Below the pieces are notes generated by a model that did no database searches, was not told where the DNA came from, and saw only the letters and a program-made list of their open reading frames with translations. From Marinoscillum sp. MHG1-6 (GTDB lineage Bacteria > Bacteroidota > Bacteroidia > Cytophagales > Cyclobacteriaceae): 64,000 bases of DNA. Made by a program: the position numbers and the translations under genes. The stretch is from positions 63,498 through 127,497 of the forward strand of contig NZ_JAMZMI010000007.1 of the NCBI RefSeq assembly GCF_024714475.1. The letters are read 5' to 3'. Of the stretch, positions 50,907-61,164 are shown in pieces (the first letter of the stretch is position 1; every line of letters starts with the position of its first letter).

Positions 50907-53900
50907 TTAATCTTCCTTTAATATACTGACGGGTCCCAATAATCCTGACCTGATTAAAGGACGACCTTCCAACAAATAAGGTGCTCTGGGTGTAAAAGTT
51001 ACCCGCTCCTCCTCAGGTAATTCCTGATCACCTATGAGTCGATTTTGCCAGGTATTGGTCACTTCAACAATCAAGTCATTTATACCCGCTTTTAGAGCAT
51101 CAGTGATTTCCACTTGATATGGCGGAGTCCATGCGATGGCGCATTGCACTCCATTTACTTTAACCTCTGCGATATTGCCTACTTCCCCGAGATTCAGCCA
51201 GTACCTCGCATCCCCTTTCTTCTTATCAAATTCGAAGGTTGTTTGATAAGTAGCCGTCCCCGAAAAATACCTGATATCAAAAATCTCATGCTCGGTCCAA
51301 CTGATCAAACGATCAAAGTCAAAAACTCCTTTTGGCCCAAAATCAGCAGTATCAAATTGCACCTGCCAGCTTTCCTGAAGTTGCATGACCTCGGTAAAAT
51401 CCTTCCAGTTTTTTCCTTTAGACCGGGTTGGTTCTCCTGCCTTACTGAAAATCAGGAATAGCGACCCGTTTGGCTCTAACCTCAGCGGTAGCTCAATCCG
51501 ACCTTCAATCACTTTCCAATCCCGAGCTTCAATGAGCTCATCCACCACAGGATCATAGATTTCAGGTTGATATCCCTCCAAATTCACCGAAGCGTAAATT
51601 TCCCTAACCTCTTCTGTTTGATTAGAAAGAAAGTACAGATCAAAGCCCTTATCCTTTCGGTGAGTCCATGAGATTTCCTCAACCTGCTTCCCGTTTTGAT
51701 CCATCGCCACAAAGTCCCGATTTATACCAATAGGCTCAAGACTGGCAATATCAAATTTTCCTGTAAGCACCTTACCCTGCCCCAGGGCCTTCATTTTTAA
51801 GGAACCTCCCAATTGGCTGAATTTCCCACCAAAAATCTGGTTCATGACCGCATCGAGTTCCTTATCTGAACCTTTCAAGCCTAAAGTTTGGTCCATCTCC
51901 CCCTGAAAATAAACCGTTGCCCCTTCCTCTATGAGTTTCAATAATTTACTCGCCACGGCCACACTCATTCGTTGGCCCTCAGGATTCATCAAAGTATTTT
52001 GTGGAATCACCAGTATCCCGTAGCCTGAACCTTCCGCAAAAACCACTCTACCCTTTTCTATATGAGCCAAAGTCATTAACGCATGCGGATTAAATGAATC
52101 ATACTGATAACCATTCAGCGGATCAACCCAGGGAAAATTTACCGCCATATTGGCTGTGAGCGTTACATTAGCTGGCTGCTTCATCGTGGGTGTCCCTTCA
52201 TTCCTTAGCCGAGTGCTTTCTCTTTCCCTCAGTTCCTGATCATAAAGTCCGGGTAAGATCCTTACCAAACGATCTGGCAACATAGAGCGCCTTGGAAGCT
52301 CTTCTCCGATAAAAACCGCAATATCACGGACCGGGATGCCATTTTGCAGCAAAGCCTGGCATCTGGTCGCATAGTCCACCATTGCTCTCCCTGGTTTCCA
52401 CCATGTCTGATCTCTTTGAAAATAAAGCCCTACTCCATTCAAAGTCATTCCCGGCTTCCGATCCATCCAGGGATTATGCGCAAAGACATGATAGACAAAC
52501 CTGTTGATCCCCAGGGTATACTGATAATCTCCCAGCGCCTTCAGGCTAGCCGGATGCTCATCCCAATCCATTCTTAACTGGGTAAATGCTTCAGCAGGAA
52601 TAATCTTTTTCCCATAGATATGCCCGCCTGAAATGGCATCCAGCATGTCATTTGGTTTATCGTGTGTAGGACTTCTAAGCCAAAATTCCCCTATCGGTAA
52701 ATCCACCTCTGCAAAATGTCTTACCCCATCACTGAGCATGGTTGGCGAAACATTTTCAGCGCTAAACTGAACCCCATTGTTATGAGCCAATTCAGACAAT
52801 GTTTGGTAGAAGTTCTCAATATACAGCTCCGAAATGGTTTCCCTAAAATCATACAAAAAACGTTCAGAAACCTCGGGAGACTCCAATGGAATTCCAGCTA
52901 AAACGGGTAGGTATGGAGTGATTTCATAACCCCGTCTGGTCAGAAATTCCTCAGCAAAGGTGCTGCTCCAGTTTTGGCTGCCGCACTCCCAGCTATCCAC
53001 ATGAAACCTAGTGATTACCTCTCTGGCTAATTCCGAACCTGCCTTTTGCTGTATGGCCCCAAACCAATTTTTGAATTGAAGCGCCACCGCTTCTTTACTG
53101 AATTTATCACATTCCAGTCCTAGACCTCCTCCCCCGGTATAGTTCGTATGACCGGTAGAAGTATGCCCCATTCTGAGCACTGTCCAACTCCCATCAGGAA
53201 CGTTCCAGTTCAAAACACCATTTTCATCCAGGGAATCTGTAAGTAGAATAACCTGGTTTTGACTGGTGCACAGAGATTTTGGTATTTGGCTCTCACTAGT
53301 TCGGTCACTGATCCTCCACACCAATCCGGACTTACCTTCAATTTGGTGGATTTTAGGGCTATTCATTAATTCAATATTCTGAACAACCAATTTGGCTTTC
53401 CATTTACCTGCATCCAGGTCTTCTGATCCCGGTTCGGTACCTTCAGGATTATAAGCAAATCGAAAATACCTGGCAGTGGTAGGAGGTACAGAAAACGTAG
53501 AGCCTTCATCCCAGTTTTGCCACCCCTGCCTTGCGGGTTTCATTTGTGCGACTGTATCAAATTGTTCACCGTCCTGACTGGCAAGCATGGTCAGCCTTTG
53601 CCATTGAAGGTTGGAAGAGGGCCCGGTGGGACGTACTGATCGACAGGTAAATGGATCATCAAATTCGAATTGGATCCATACAGGATCATCAGATTTAAAC
53701 TTCTCTTCCGTTTGATCTATTCCAAGAAAAGCTACATTCTCAGCATTTTCACTTATTACAGAAGGGTTTAGGTTAAAAGAAGATACCGGTTCACCACCCA
53801 AATTCGGAATAGCTATAATAGCTATGTCCCGATAGTAACCTTCGATTGTTGGAGGTTGAGGAAGCGTATCATTGAACTGCTTCCCGCCATTCACAACAGT

Positions 53901-54389
53901 TTCGGACCAAACCAACTTTTGCATGGACTGTTCAGGTTTAATCCAGGGACCACCAGCTACCGCAAACCCATCTGAGGCATGAATGCCTAATTCAAGCCCT
54001 AAACGACCTGCCTCCTTTATGGCATGCTCCACCATCCCCCACCATTCAGGACTTAGCTGAAGGGCTGTGGGCTCATACACCGGTGGGTCCAGTTCTCCAA
54101 GTATAGGCATCATGTAAGCCCCGGCCAGACCAGCTTCTTTCATAGCTTCCAAATCCGCGGTAATACCCTCTTTAGAGACACTGGCATACATCCAGTACCA
54201 GAAGACCCATGGCTGATCATCATTCGTATCAAAATGGACTTTCCCCACTTCAGTTGTCGCTGGGGAATCGCACCGGAAAGTGAATAAAATAAGAAATGCA
54301 ACAAACAGATTACTAAGGCTGAAGTTACTTGGGTTCAAATGTCGTTCGTCTTTTGAATGAGTGTCAAAGTTACAATTGCCTGGGTACAA
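50907..54389 (-). CDS. Large secreted glycoside hydrolase (N-terminal WVFWYWM family; GH106/GH2-sugar-binding-like)
   Basis: Signal anchor, then the conserved PWVFWYWM motif seen in large Bacteroidota glycosidases. Family assignment uncertain. Confidence 0.65.
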   Translation of the reverse strand: MYPGNCNFDTHSKDERHLNPSNFSLSNLFVAFLILFTFRCDSPATTEVGKVHFDTNDDQPWVFWYWMYASVSKEGITADLEAMKEAGLAGAYMMPILGELDPPVYEPTALQLSPEWWGMVEHAIKEAGRLGLELGIHASDGFAVAGGPWIKPEQSMQKLVWSETVVNGGKQFNDTLPQPPTIEGYYRDIAIIAIPNLGGEPVSSFNLNPSVISENAENVAFLGIDQTEEKFKSDDPVWIQFEFDDPFTCRSVRPTGPSSNLQWQRLTMLASQDGEQFDTVAQMKPARQGWQNWDEGSTFSVPPTTARYFRFAYNPEGTEPGSEDLDAGKWKAKLVVQNIELMNSPKIHQIEGKSGLVWRISDRTSESQIPKSLCTSQNQVILLTDSLDENGVLNWNVPDGSWTVLRMGHTSTGHTNYTGGGGLGLECDKFSKEAVALQFKNWFGAIQQKAGSELAREVITRFHVDSWECGSQNWSSTFAEEFLTRRGYEITPYLPVLAGIPLESPEVSERFLYDFRETISELYIENFYQTLSELAHNNGVQFSAENVSPTMLSDGVRHFAEVDLPIGEFWLRSPTHDKPNDMLDAISGGHIYGKKIIPAEAFTQLRMDWDEHPASLKALGDYQYTLGINRFVYHVFAHNPWMDRKPGMTLNGVGLYFQRDQTWWKPGRAMVDYATRCQALLQNGIPVRDIAVFIGEELPRRSMLPDRLVRILPGLYDQELRERESTRLRNEGTPTMKQPANVTLTANMAVNFPWVDPLNGYQYDSFNPHALMTLAHIEKGRVVFAEGSGYGILVIPQNTLMNPEGQRMSVAVASKLLKLIEEGATVYFQGEMDQTLGLKGSDKELDAVMNQIFGGKFSQLGGSLKMKALGQGKVLTGKFDIASLEPIGINRDFVAMDQNGKQVEEISWTHRKDKGFDLYFLSNQTEEVREIYASVNLEGYQPEIYDPVVDELIEARDWKVIEGRIELPLRLEPNGSLFLIFSKAGEPTRSKGKNWKDFTEVMQLQESWQVQFDTADFGPKGVFDFDRLISWTEHEIFDIRYFSGTATYQTTFEFDKKKGDARYWLNLGEVGNIAEVKVNGVQCAIAWTPPYQVEITDALKAGINDLIVEVTNTWQNRLIGDQELPEEERVTFTPRAPYLLEGRPLIRSGLLGPVSILKED

Positions 54390-54453
54390 TCGTTTTCCTA
54401 TTAGGGACTAATTCAAAATCAAATTCGTTATTTTAATAGATCGAAATTCAAAA

Positions 54454-55311
54454 ATGATGAATTCACTGGTTGATTTTTTCAGCGACACACCCCTTTGGTT
54501 TCGGTTAACCATGCTATTAGGAGGGATTGCCTTCTTTTGGATCATTGAGATGATAATACCATTATTCACCATCCCTTATCGAAAAATCCGTCACGCCGGA
54601 TTGAACTTATTTTTCAATGGCACTACAGCTTTAATCAACCTGGGACTGGCGAGCTTACTGGTTGGATCTTCTGTTTTCGTGACCAATCATGAGATCGGAG
54701 TGCTCTATCTTTTTGAAGCGCCATTGTGGGTAAAAACCATATTGTGTGTGCTCCTGATGGACTTAATTGGGGCCTGGTTTATCCATTGGCTGGAACATCA
54801 AATAAAATGGATGTGGCTTTTCCATCTAATCCACCATACAGATACCCATGTGGATGTCACCACAGGACTTAGACACCACCCAGGCGAGAGCATCTTCAGA
54901 ATGTCATTTACGATACTGGGAGTAATAATCACAGGTGCTCCGATATGGATGCTTATGATTTACCAGTCTTTATCAGCCTTATTTACCCATTTCAACCATG
55001 CCAACATTAGTTTGCCAGATAAATTAGACCGGTTGCTTTCATGGGTCTTTGTTACTCCCAACATGCACAAGGTACATCATCATTACACCCAGCCACTTAC
55101 AGACACAAATTATGGAAACATGTTTTCCATTTGGGACCGCGTTTTCGGCACCTTCGCTCAGGTCGAAGATTCAAGAGACTTGATTTACGGGATAGATACC
55201 CACACCAAACCATCGGAAAATGATAATTTGGGAAACTTATTGGCTATTCCCTTCCAAAAATATCGACCTCCAACCGGCAAATTCGTTAAGGAAGAAAAAA
55301 AAGAAAATTGA
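54454..55311 (+). CDS. Fatty acid hydroxylase/sterol desaturase superfamily membrane protein
   Basis: Histidine boxes HWLEH, HLIHH, HKVHHH. Confidence 0.8.
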   Translation: MMNSLVDFFSDTPLWFRLTMLLGGIAFFWIIEMIIPLFTIPYRKIRHAGLNLFFNGTTALINLGLASLLVGSSVFVTNHEIGVLYLFEAPLWVKTILCVLLMDLIGAWFIHWLEHQIKWMWLFHLIHHTDTHVDVTTGLRHHPGESIFRMSFTILGVIITGAPIWMLMIYQSLSALFTHFNHANISLPDKLDRLLSWVFVTPNMHKVHHHYTQPLTDTNYGNMFSIWDRVFGTFAQVEDSRDLIYGIDTHTKPSENDNLGNLLAIPFQKYRPPTGKFVKEEKKEN

Positions 55312-56120
55312 AAGAAATAATCACCTGTCTGTCGCTCATCCTCAGCCTCTCGTGTGCTTTGGCACAGGAGGTGAAAATTGTTCCCGTTGTACTTAAAGAC
55401 AAGTCAATCGAGCTCTACATTCATAATCAAACATTTCAGGGACAATCGGTTCTGTTGGATTGTGAATTAAAAGGGATGACTTCCACTGAAAAATTACCTA
55501 TCACTAAATTTCTGGAGGTAGGAGAAAAAGTGCTCTTTACAACGCTCGCCCCTAAAGACATTTATAAACCATTTGGATACGGTACATCCATACTGTACGT
55601 AGAGGGAGATGTCCAGGCCAAACATGACGATAACTATGTTTACCTGCTACCTTACCCAAAAGGAACATCATATAACATAGACCAGGGCTATCTGGGGAAT
55701 AAAACGCATGAAAACCTCTATGCTCTGGATTTCAATATGGATGTTGGGGCTGAAATCACGGCGATCAGAGATGGCATCGTAACCAAGGTTATTGAGCGAT
55801 ATGATAAGGGTTGTCCGGACGAAAGCTGTGAACAATACAACAACCTTGTACTCGTAACCCATGAAGACGGAAGCATTGCCAACTATGCTCATCTCAAAAA
55901 AAACGGGGCAATAGTTAAAGTTGGTGACCGGGTGAAGGCAGGCGACCTAATCGGCCTCAGTGGGGCAACAGGATGGGCCTCGGGGCCTCACCTTCATTTG
56001 GAAGTTTACACTGCTTCATGGGATGGGAAAATAACACTCCCTGTCAACTATTACCTGGACGAGAAAACCACAGGAGAACCACAAGTTAATCAGGTCTACG
56101 CTCAGAAAAGGCTGAAATAA
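55308..56120 (+). CDS. M23 family metallopeptidase (secreted)
   Basis: Signal peptide. HxxxD...HLH motif region (NYAHL..., SGATGWASGPHLHLEV). Confidence 0.85.
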   Translation: MKEIITCLSLILSLSCALAQEVKIVPVVLKDKSIELYIHNQTFQGQSVLLDCELKGMTSTEKLPITKFLEVGEKVLFTTLAPKDIYKPFGYGTSILYVEGDVQAKHDDNYVYLLPYPKGTSYNIDQGYLGNKTHENLYALDFNMDVGAEITAIRDGIVTKVIERYDKGCPDESCEQYNNLVLVTHEDGSIANYAHLKKNGAIVKVGDRVKAGDLIGLSGATGWASGPHLHLEVYTASWDGKITLPVNYYLDEKTTGEPQVNQVYAQKRLK

Positions 56121-56177
56121 AAAAAGGAGACATGTGGTTCACGCCTCCGTAATCATTTAAGCTGGAACGAAAGTATA

Positions 56178-56510
56178 TTAATTGAGAGAGGGTTGATACA
56201 ATTGAAGCGCCCTCAATACCTCTTGATAAAGTAAATTTTCAGGAGCATTGTGCGCATTTTGACTGACGAAGAAGAAACATTCCTTAACGAATTTTTCCTT
56301 TTCAATTTTCGATTTAAAAGAGATCACATCATGATCATCCCATTCGCTCAGAATCTCCATAATCTCTTCATTCGAAGCTCCTAATTGTTGACCTGTGTAA
56401 AGTAATCCCTCTTCATAGCGTGAAGTATCACCAACTAAAGTTGCCAGTGTACATAATTGTCGAGTTACTGCTTTGTCCAGATCGTTGAATATCATAAGTG
56501 TCAAATTCAA
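56178..56510 (-). CDS. Hypothetical protein
   Basis: ORF only, no recognisable motif. Confidence 0.4.
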   Translation of the reverse strand: MNLTLMIFNDLDKAVTRQLCTLATLVGDTSRYEEGLLYTGQQLGASNEEIMEILSEWDDHDVISFKSKIEKEKFVKECFFFVSQNAHNAPENLLYQEVLRALQLYQPSLN

Positions 56511-56608
56511 TCAAAAAATTATATAAAAGATCATTTAAAAGCAAACGTTTGCAACCTTCATTTCTCTTCATGTCAATAATTGCCAAGCGGGTCCATAACT
56601 TTGTCGCC

Positions 56609-57499
56609 ATGAATACAGACCGGCTCCTGAGACATCTTGCTTTACTAACTGTTGGGCTACTCTACGGGGCCAATTTTGCTATCGCCAAAATCTCGGTTCC
56701 CGATCACATTGGACCCTTTGCATTAATTTTTATTCGAGTGGTGGTTGCCACTCTTTTTTTCTGGATGATCTCTCGAAACATCAGGGAAAAGATCAACTGG
56801 AAGGTTGACGGAAGGCGTCTGGTCTTATGTGCTATTCTCGGGGTAGGCATTAACATGCTCTTTTTCTTTAAAGGCTTAAGTCTCACATCGGCCATTCATG
56901 CCAGCCTGATCATGACCCTCACCCCCACTATTGTATTTACCATGTCAGTTATTCTTATTGGGGAAAAAATTACTCCGTTAAAGGTGAGTGGACTTCTGAT
57001 TGGCCTGGTAGGTGCATCAATAATCATCTACCAACCGAAAGGTGTCCCTATCACAGGAGACTGGTTGGGAGACCTTATGATTTTTCTAAATGCAGTGAGT
57101 TATGGCAGCTATTTGGTACTGGTCAAGCCACTACTCAATAAATACCACCCCATTACGATCATCAAGTGGGCTTTTACGCTTGGGAATTTTATTGTAATCC
57201 CGGTAGGGTTTTCCCAATTCATGACGACAGACTGGTCATCTTTTGATACTACAATTTGGTTTAGCATCAGTTATGTTGTTGTTGGGGTAACCATCATTGC
57301 TTACCTGGTCAATATTTGGGCCATGCAAAAAACAAGTCCCTCCACCATCGGGGTATACATCTATGTTCAACCCGTATTTGCCGTTCTTGTAGCTACATTA
57401 TTTTTTGAAGAGCTGTTCACCTTGAAACATTTAATTGCCTCAATCCTGGTATTTATTGGTGTTGGGATGGTTGTCAATCGTGAGAAGATTAGACCATAA
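56609..57499 (+). CDS. DMT superfamily (EamA-domain) transporter
   Basis: Ten TM helices, two EamA halves. Start trimmed to MNTDRLLRHL. Confidence 0.8.
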   Translation: MNTDRLLRHLALLTVGLLYGANFAIAKISVPDHIGPFALIFIRVVVATLFFWMISRNIREKINWKVDGRRLVLCAILGVGINMLFFFKGLSLTSAIHASLIMTLTPTIVFTMSVILIGEKITPLKVSGLLIGLVGASIIIYQPKGVPITGDWLGDLMIFLNAVSYGSYLVLVKPLLNKYHPITIIKWAFTLGNFIVIPVGFSQFMTTDWSSFDTTIWFSISYVVVGVTIIAYLVNIWAMQKTSPSTIGVYIYVQPVFAVLVATLFFEELFTLKHLIASILVFIGVGMVVNREKIRP

Positions 57500-57749
57500 A
57501 AAAGCAGCAACCGCTACTACCCGATTGCTGCCCAATATAATATGAAGAGAATTCTACTATCAGACTGTTACGCGGACCACGATTTGTAGTTTTCCAATTA
57601 ACAGACTTTAACAATCTAATACAGGGTTTAACTCCAAAAATGTGCCAACATGCTAAATAGGTCTCAATTATGCCAATTGATTGAGAAAAACGGCTTTGCG
57701 CTGTACACCAGCGAACAATAAGTGTTCACTAATGGTAAAACCTTCTGGT

Positions 57750-58619
57750 TTAGAAGGTATTGACGAACTGTGTGAAGTAAAACAGGGGCATAGACCATAA
57801 CTTTTCCTGGTACCGGCTACGAAAAAATCCAAAATGCCCGATTTTATTCAAACCAATGTCCTGAGGGCGAATGTGCTGGTAAGAAGTCTTTGCGTTGCCA
57901 TACTTCCGCATCAAGGCCTGAACGGATTCACCAGGAGCAAAGTCCCGGTCATCGGACAAACTGACAAAGTGAATCGGTATATTCAGATCATGGTATTTTT
58001 CATCTGATTCAGGATCGGACAGCCTGATCCCGTTTTTATTCGTACCCCATGTTCGCCACTCCTTAACTGCCCCTTTGGTCAGTGAACATCTTCCTCTGAT
58101 CGCGTAACCAGGGAGAAACCCATAAACTGTGGTGAGCACCGGAACAAAAAAATACCAAAAACCCAAAGCTCTCAATTTCGAAAAACCTGTCCAATAACTA
58201 AAATGGGGATCCTGTGAAGCTACAAAGTAAGCTGCCGAGATTCTTTTTCTGCTTTCTGCGAGCGGGAAGATCTGCCCAGCCACACTATGACCAAGCAGAA
58301 AAATCTGATCATATTTATCAGAGGCCCAGGCAATAACCGCATCAAGATCATATTTACCCCAGTCGGATAAACAGGATTCTTCTGTCACAACCGGCTTTTC
58401 CACAGACTCACCCGTTTCGCGATAATCAAAAGTGACAACGTCAAAATCTGAACCTGAAGCCGCATATTGGGCAAACTTGGTATAATAAGATTGAAGAACC
58501 CCTTCTGCTGACGCAATGATAATCAGATGTTTCACATCATAATTTCCCTGATAAAGACATGCCCCCACATGGTGTCCGTCACTTGCTGTCAACCGAAAAA
58601 TTCTGCTCTCTACGTGCAT
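57750..58619 (-). CDS. Alpha/beta-fold hydrolase
   Basis: GHSVAGQ nucleophile elbow. Confidence 0.75.
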   Translation of the reverse strand: MHVESRIFRLTASDGHHVGACLYQGNYDVKHLIIIASAEGVLQSYYTKFAQYAASGSDFDVVTFDYRETGESVEKPVVTEESCLSDWGKYDLDAVIAWASDKYDQIFLLGHSVAGQIFPLAESRKRISAAYFVASQDPHFSYWTGFSKLRALGFWYFFVPVLTTVYGFLPGYAIRGRCSLTKGAVKEWRTWGTNKNGIRLSDPESDEKYHDLNIPIHFVSLSDDRDFAPGESVQALMRKYGNAKTSYQHIRPQDIGLNKIGHFGFFRSRYQEKLWSMPLFYFTQFVNTF

Positions 58620-58741
58620 TCGTAGCTCTTAAATCTTAATAGGGTAGGTTGTCGCAAAACTATAGTAATAGTTTAAATTCAGAAACCATTTGGCAATCAG
58701 CCCAATTGAAATACTTTTGCAGCGAAAGAAAATTATCATCG

Positions 58742-59614
58742 ATGAGTGTTCTAGTAAATAAAAATTCCAAAATAATCGTTCAGGGTTTCACTGGATCAGA
58801 AGGTACTTTCCATGCCTCACAGATGATCGAGTATGGTAGCAACGTAGTAGGCGGAGTAACTCCGGGGAAAGGCGGCCAAACTCACCTGGACAAACCTGTA
58901 TTTAATACAGTAAAAGAAGCAGTAGAGGCTGTAGGAGCTGATACAACAATCATTTTTGTACCACCAGCATTTGCGGCTGATGCCATTATGGAAGCAGCCG
59001 ATGCAGGGATTAAAGTGATCATTACTATCACTGAAGGTATTCCGGTAAAAGACATGATGGTTGCAAAGCCATATGCAAAGTCAAAAGGGGCTACCTTGAT
59101 AGGCCCTAATTGCCCTGGAGTTATCACTCCTGAAGAGGCTAAAGTTGGGATCATGCCAGGTTTCGTCTTCAAAAAAGGAAATGTGGGTATTGTATCAAAG
59201 TCAGGAACTTTGACCTATGAAGCTGCCGATCAGGTAGTAAAAGCAGGTCTTGGTATCACAACAGCTATCGGTATTGGTGGAGATCCAATCATTGGTACAT
59301 CTACCAAAGAAGCCGTACAACTTCTGATGAATGACCCTGAAACTGAAGCAATCGTAATGATTGGTGAAATCGGTGGTAACTATGAAGCAGAGGCCGCCAG
59401 ATGGGTTAAAGAAAACGGCAACAAGAAACCAGTCGTTGGTTTCATTGCCGGGCAAACAGCCCCTCCGGGAAGAAGAATGGGACACGCCGGAGCAATCATC
59501 GGTGGAGCAGATGATACTGCGGAAGCAAAAATGAAGATCATGGCTGAAAATGGTATTCATGTTGTGAAATCACCAGCAGATATTGGTGAAACCATCAAAA
59601 AAGCGTTGGCTTAA
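58742..59614 (+). CDS. sucD: Succinate--CoA ligase (ADP-forming) subunit alpha
   Basis: [12 protein letters not shown] and GHAGAII (phospho-His region). Start trimmed to MSVLVNK. Confidence 0.92.
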   Translation: MSVLVNKNSKIIVQGFTGSEGTFHASQMIEYGSNVVGGVTPGKGGQTHLDKPVFNTVKEAVEAVGADTTIIFVPPAFAADAIMEAADAGIKVIITITEGIPVKDMMVAKPYAKSKGATLIGPNCPGVITPEEAKVGIMPGFVFKKGNVGIVSKSGTLTYEAADQVVKAGLGITTAIGIGGDPIIGTSTKEAVQLLMNDPETEAIVMIGEIGGNYEAEAARWVKENGNKKPVVGFIAGQTAPPGRRMGHAGAIIGGADDTAEAKMKIMAENGIHVVKSPADIGETIKKALA

Positions 59615-59642
59615 GAAGTCATCTGAAAATAATAAAGTGGAA

Positions 59643-59670
59643 CCCCGGAAGAACATTTCGGGGTTTTTTC
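59643..59670 (+). terminator. Intrinsic terminator after sucD
   Basis: ccccggaagaacatttcgggg hairpin plus TTTTTT. Confidence 0.7.
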
Positions 59671-59700
59671 GTTTTATATTTTTGTGTAGATCGTTATTTC

Positions 59701-61062
59701 ATGAAGCATTCTGTATTAATTCTTTTCCTCTCCATTTCGATTTCTTTTGTCTCCTGTAAAAAGGAAAATGATAAAATCAGTGCTACGGAAGTTAATGAAT
59801 GGATCTACAGCGAAATGACCGATTGGTATTATTGGACCGATTTCCTGCCCTCAGATCCTGATTATGCGTTATCTGCCCCGGCATTTTACAACGCTCTTCT
59901 TTATGAAGCAGATCGGTTTTCATTTTACTACGAAGACTATGAAACATTGATTAATCTACTCAATGGTGTAAGTCTGGAATCGGGTTTTGAATATCAGCTT
60001 TACAAAGACTCAGATAACCCGGGAAAAGTATACGGTGTGATCCTCTATATCAAACAAGGTTCACCTGCGGATCAGGCCGGACTCAAACGAGGTGACCTGT
60101 TCCGACAAGTTAATGGGACGGATATTACAGAATCCAATTTTTCCTCCATTCGGGAGGCCATGTCGGCTCCTTATACCCTATCCTATGAGCGATATAATTT
60201 TCAAAACCAGACCTTTGACAAACAACCAGACCTTGACCTCACACCAATTCAATTTGCTGAAAACCCATTCCTCTTAGATACAATTCTGGATATCAGTGGA
60301 AATAAGGTGGGATACCTGGTGTATACCTTTTTCTCACCGGGAGCCACAGAGACGTCCTCAGAATATACTGATCAAATGGATCAAATATTTCAGAATTATC
60401 AGGCCGCAGGGCTCTCCCACATCATTGTAGACCTGAGATTTAACAGTGGCGGAAGCGAGCGTTCTATACGCAACCTGGCGAGCTACCTTGTTCCGTCAGC
60501 TTACACAGAAAGGTTTGTGATGAAAAAGCAGTATAATCAAGAAGTTCAAGATTACATCCTCAATGAGCCAAGCCTGGGTACGGATTATCTCCAAATTCAA
60601 TTTTCCAATAAATCAGCTAATATCGGAGATCAGGTTTCGGGCAATGGCATTACGTTTATTACCGCTGATCATACCGCTTCAGCAAGTGAGGCCTTAATGA
60701 ATTCACTCAAACCATTTCAAACGATCCATGTAGTCGGAGATACCACAGTCGGAAAAGACGTAGGCTCAATTACAATATATGATGAAAACCATAGCAATAA
60801 CCGAATTGGCCTGCAGCCCATAATTGTTAAAATCGTCAATGACCTTGAAGAAGATTATCCGAACGGGTTTACACCAGAAGTCCCAATAGAGGATCGCTTT
60901 AAAGTTCTCTATCCATTAGGCAGTATGGATGAGCCACTTTTGCAAGCCGCGATTGATAATATTTTTGGTGTGAGTGCTCGACAGGCTAAATTCGAAATGA
61001 GCACGGATCAACCTTTACGATCTAGCATTCCAAATCGATCGTTAAAGGTGCTATCGCCATAA
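59701..61062 (+). CDS. S41 family C-terminal-processing-like peptidase lipoprotein with PDZ domain
   Basis: Lipobox VSC, PDZ (GSPADQAGLKRGD), S41 motif IIVDLRFNSGGS. Confidence 0.85.
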   Translation: MKHSVLILFLSISISFVSCKKENDKISATEVNEWIYSEMTDWYYWTDFLPSDPDYALSAPAFYNALLYEADRFSFYYEDYETLINLLNGVSLESGFEYQLYKDSDNPGKVYGVILYIKQGSPADQAGLKRGDLFRQVNGTDITESNFSSIREAMSAPYTLSYERYNFQNQTFDKQPDLDLTPIQFAENPFLLDTILDISGNKVGYLVYTFFSPGATETSSEYTDQMDQIFQNYQAAGLSHIIVDLRFNSGGSERSIRNLASYLVPSAYTERFVMKKQYNQEVQDYILNEPSLGTDYLQIQFSNKSANIGDQVSGNGITFITADHTASASEALMNSLKPFQTIHVVGDTTVGKDVGSITIYDENHSNNRIGLQPIIVKIVNDLEEDYPNGFTPEVPIEDRFKVLYPLGSMDEPLLQAAIDNIFGVSARQAKFEMSTDQPLRSSIPNRSLKVLSP

Positions 61063-61164
61063 CATGATTTGTAATTTTTTTTAATTTTCTAAAAAAAATC
61101 ATGACTCATTAAGCCATTTCTCCCCTTTTTTAGAAATGAAGAATTCACCGTTATCAATAAATTC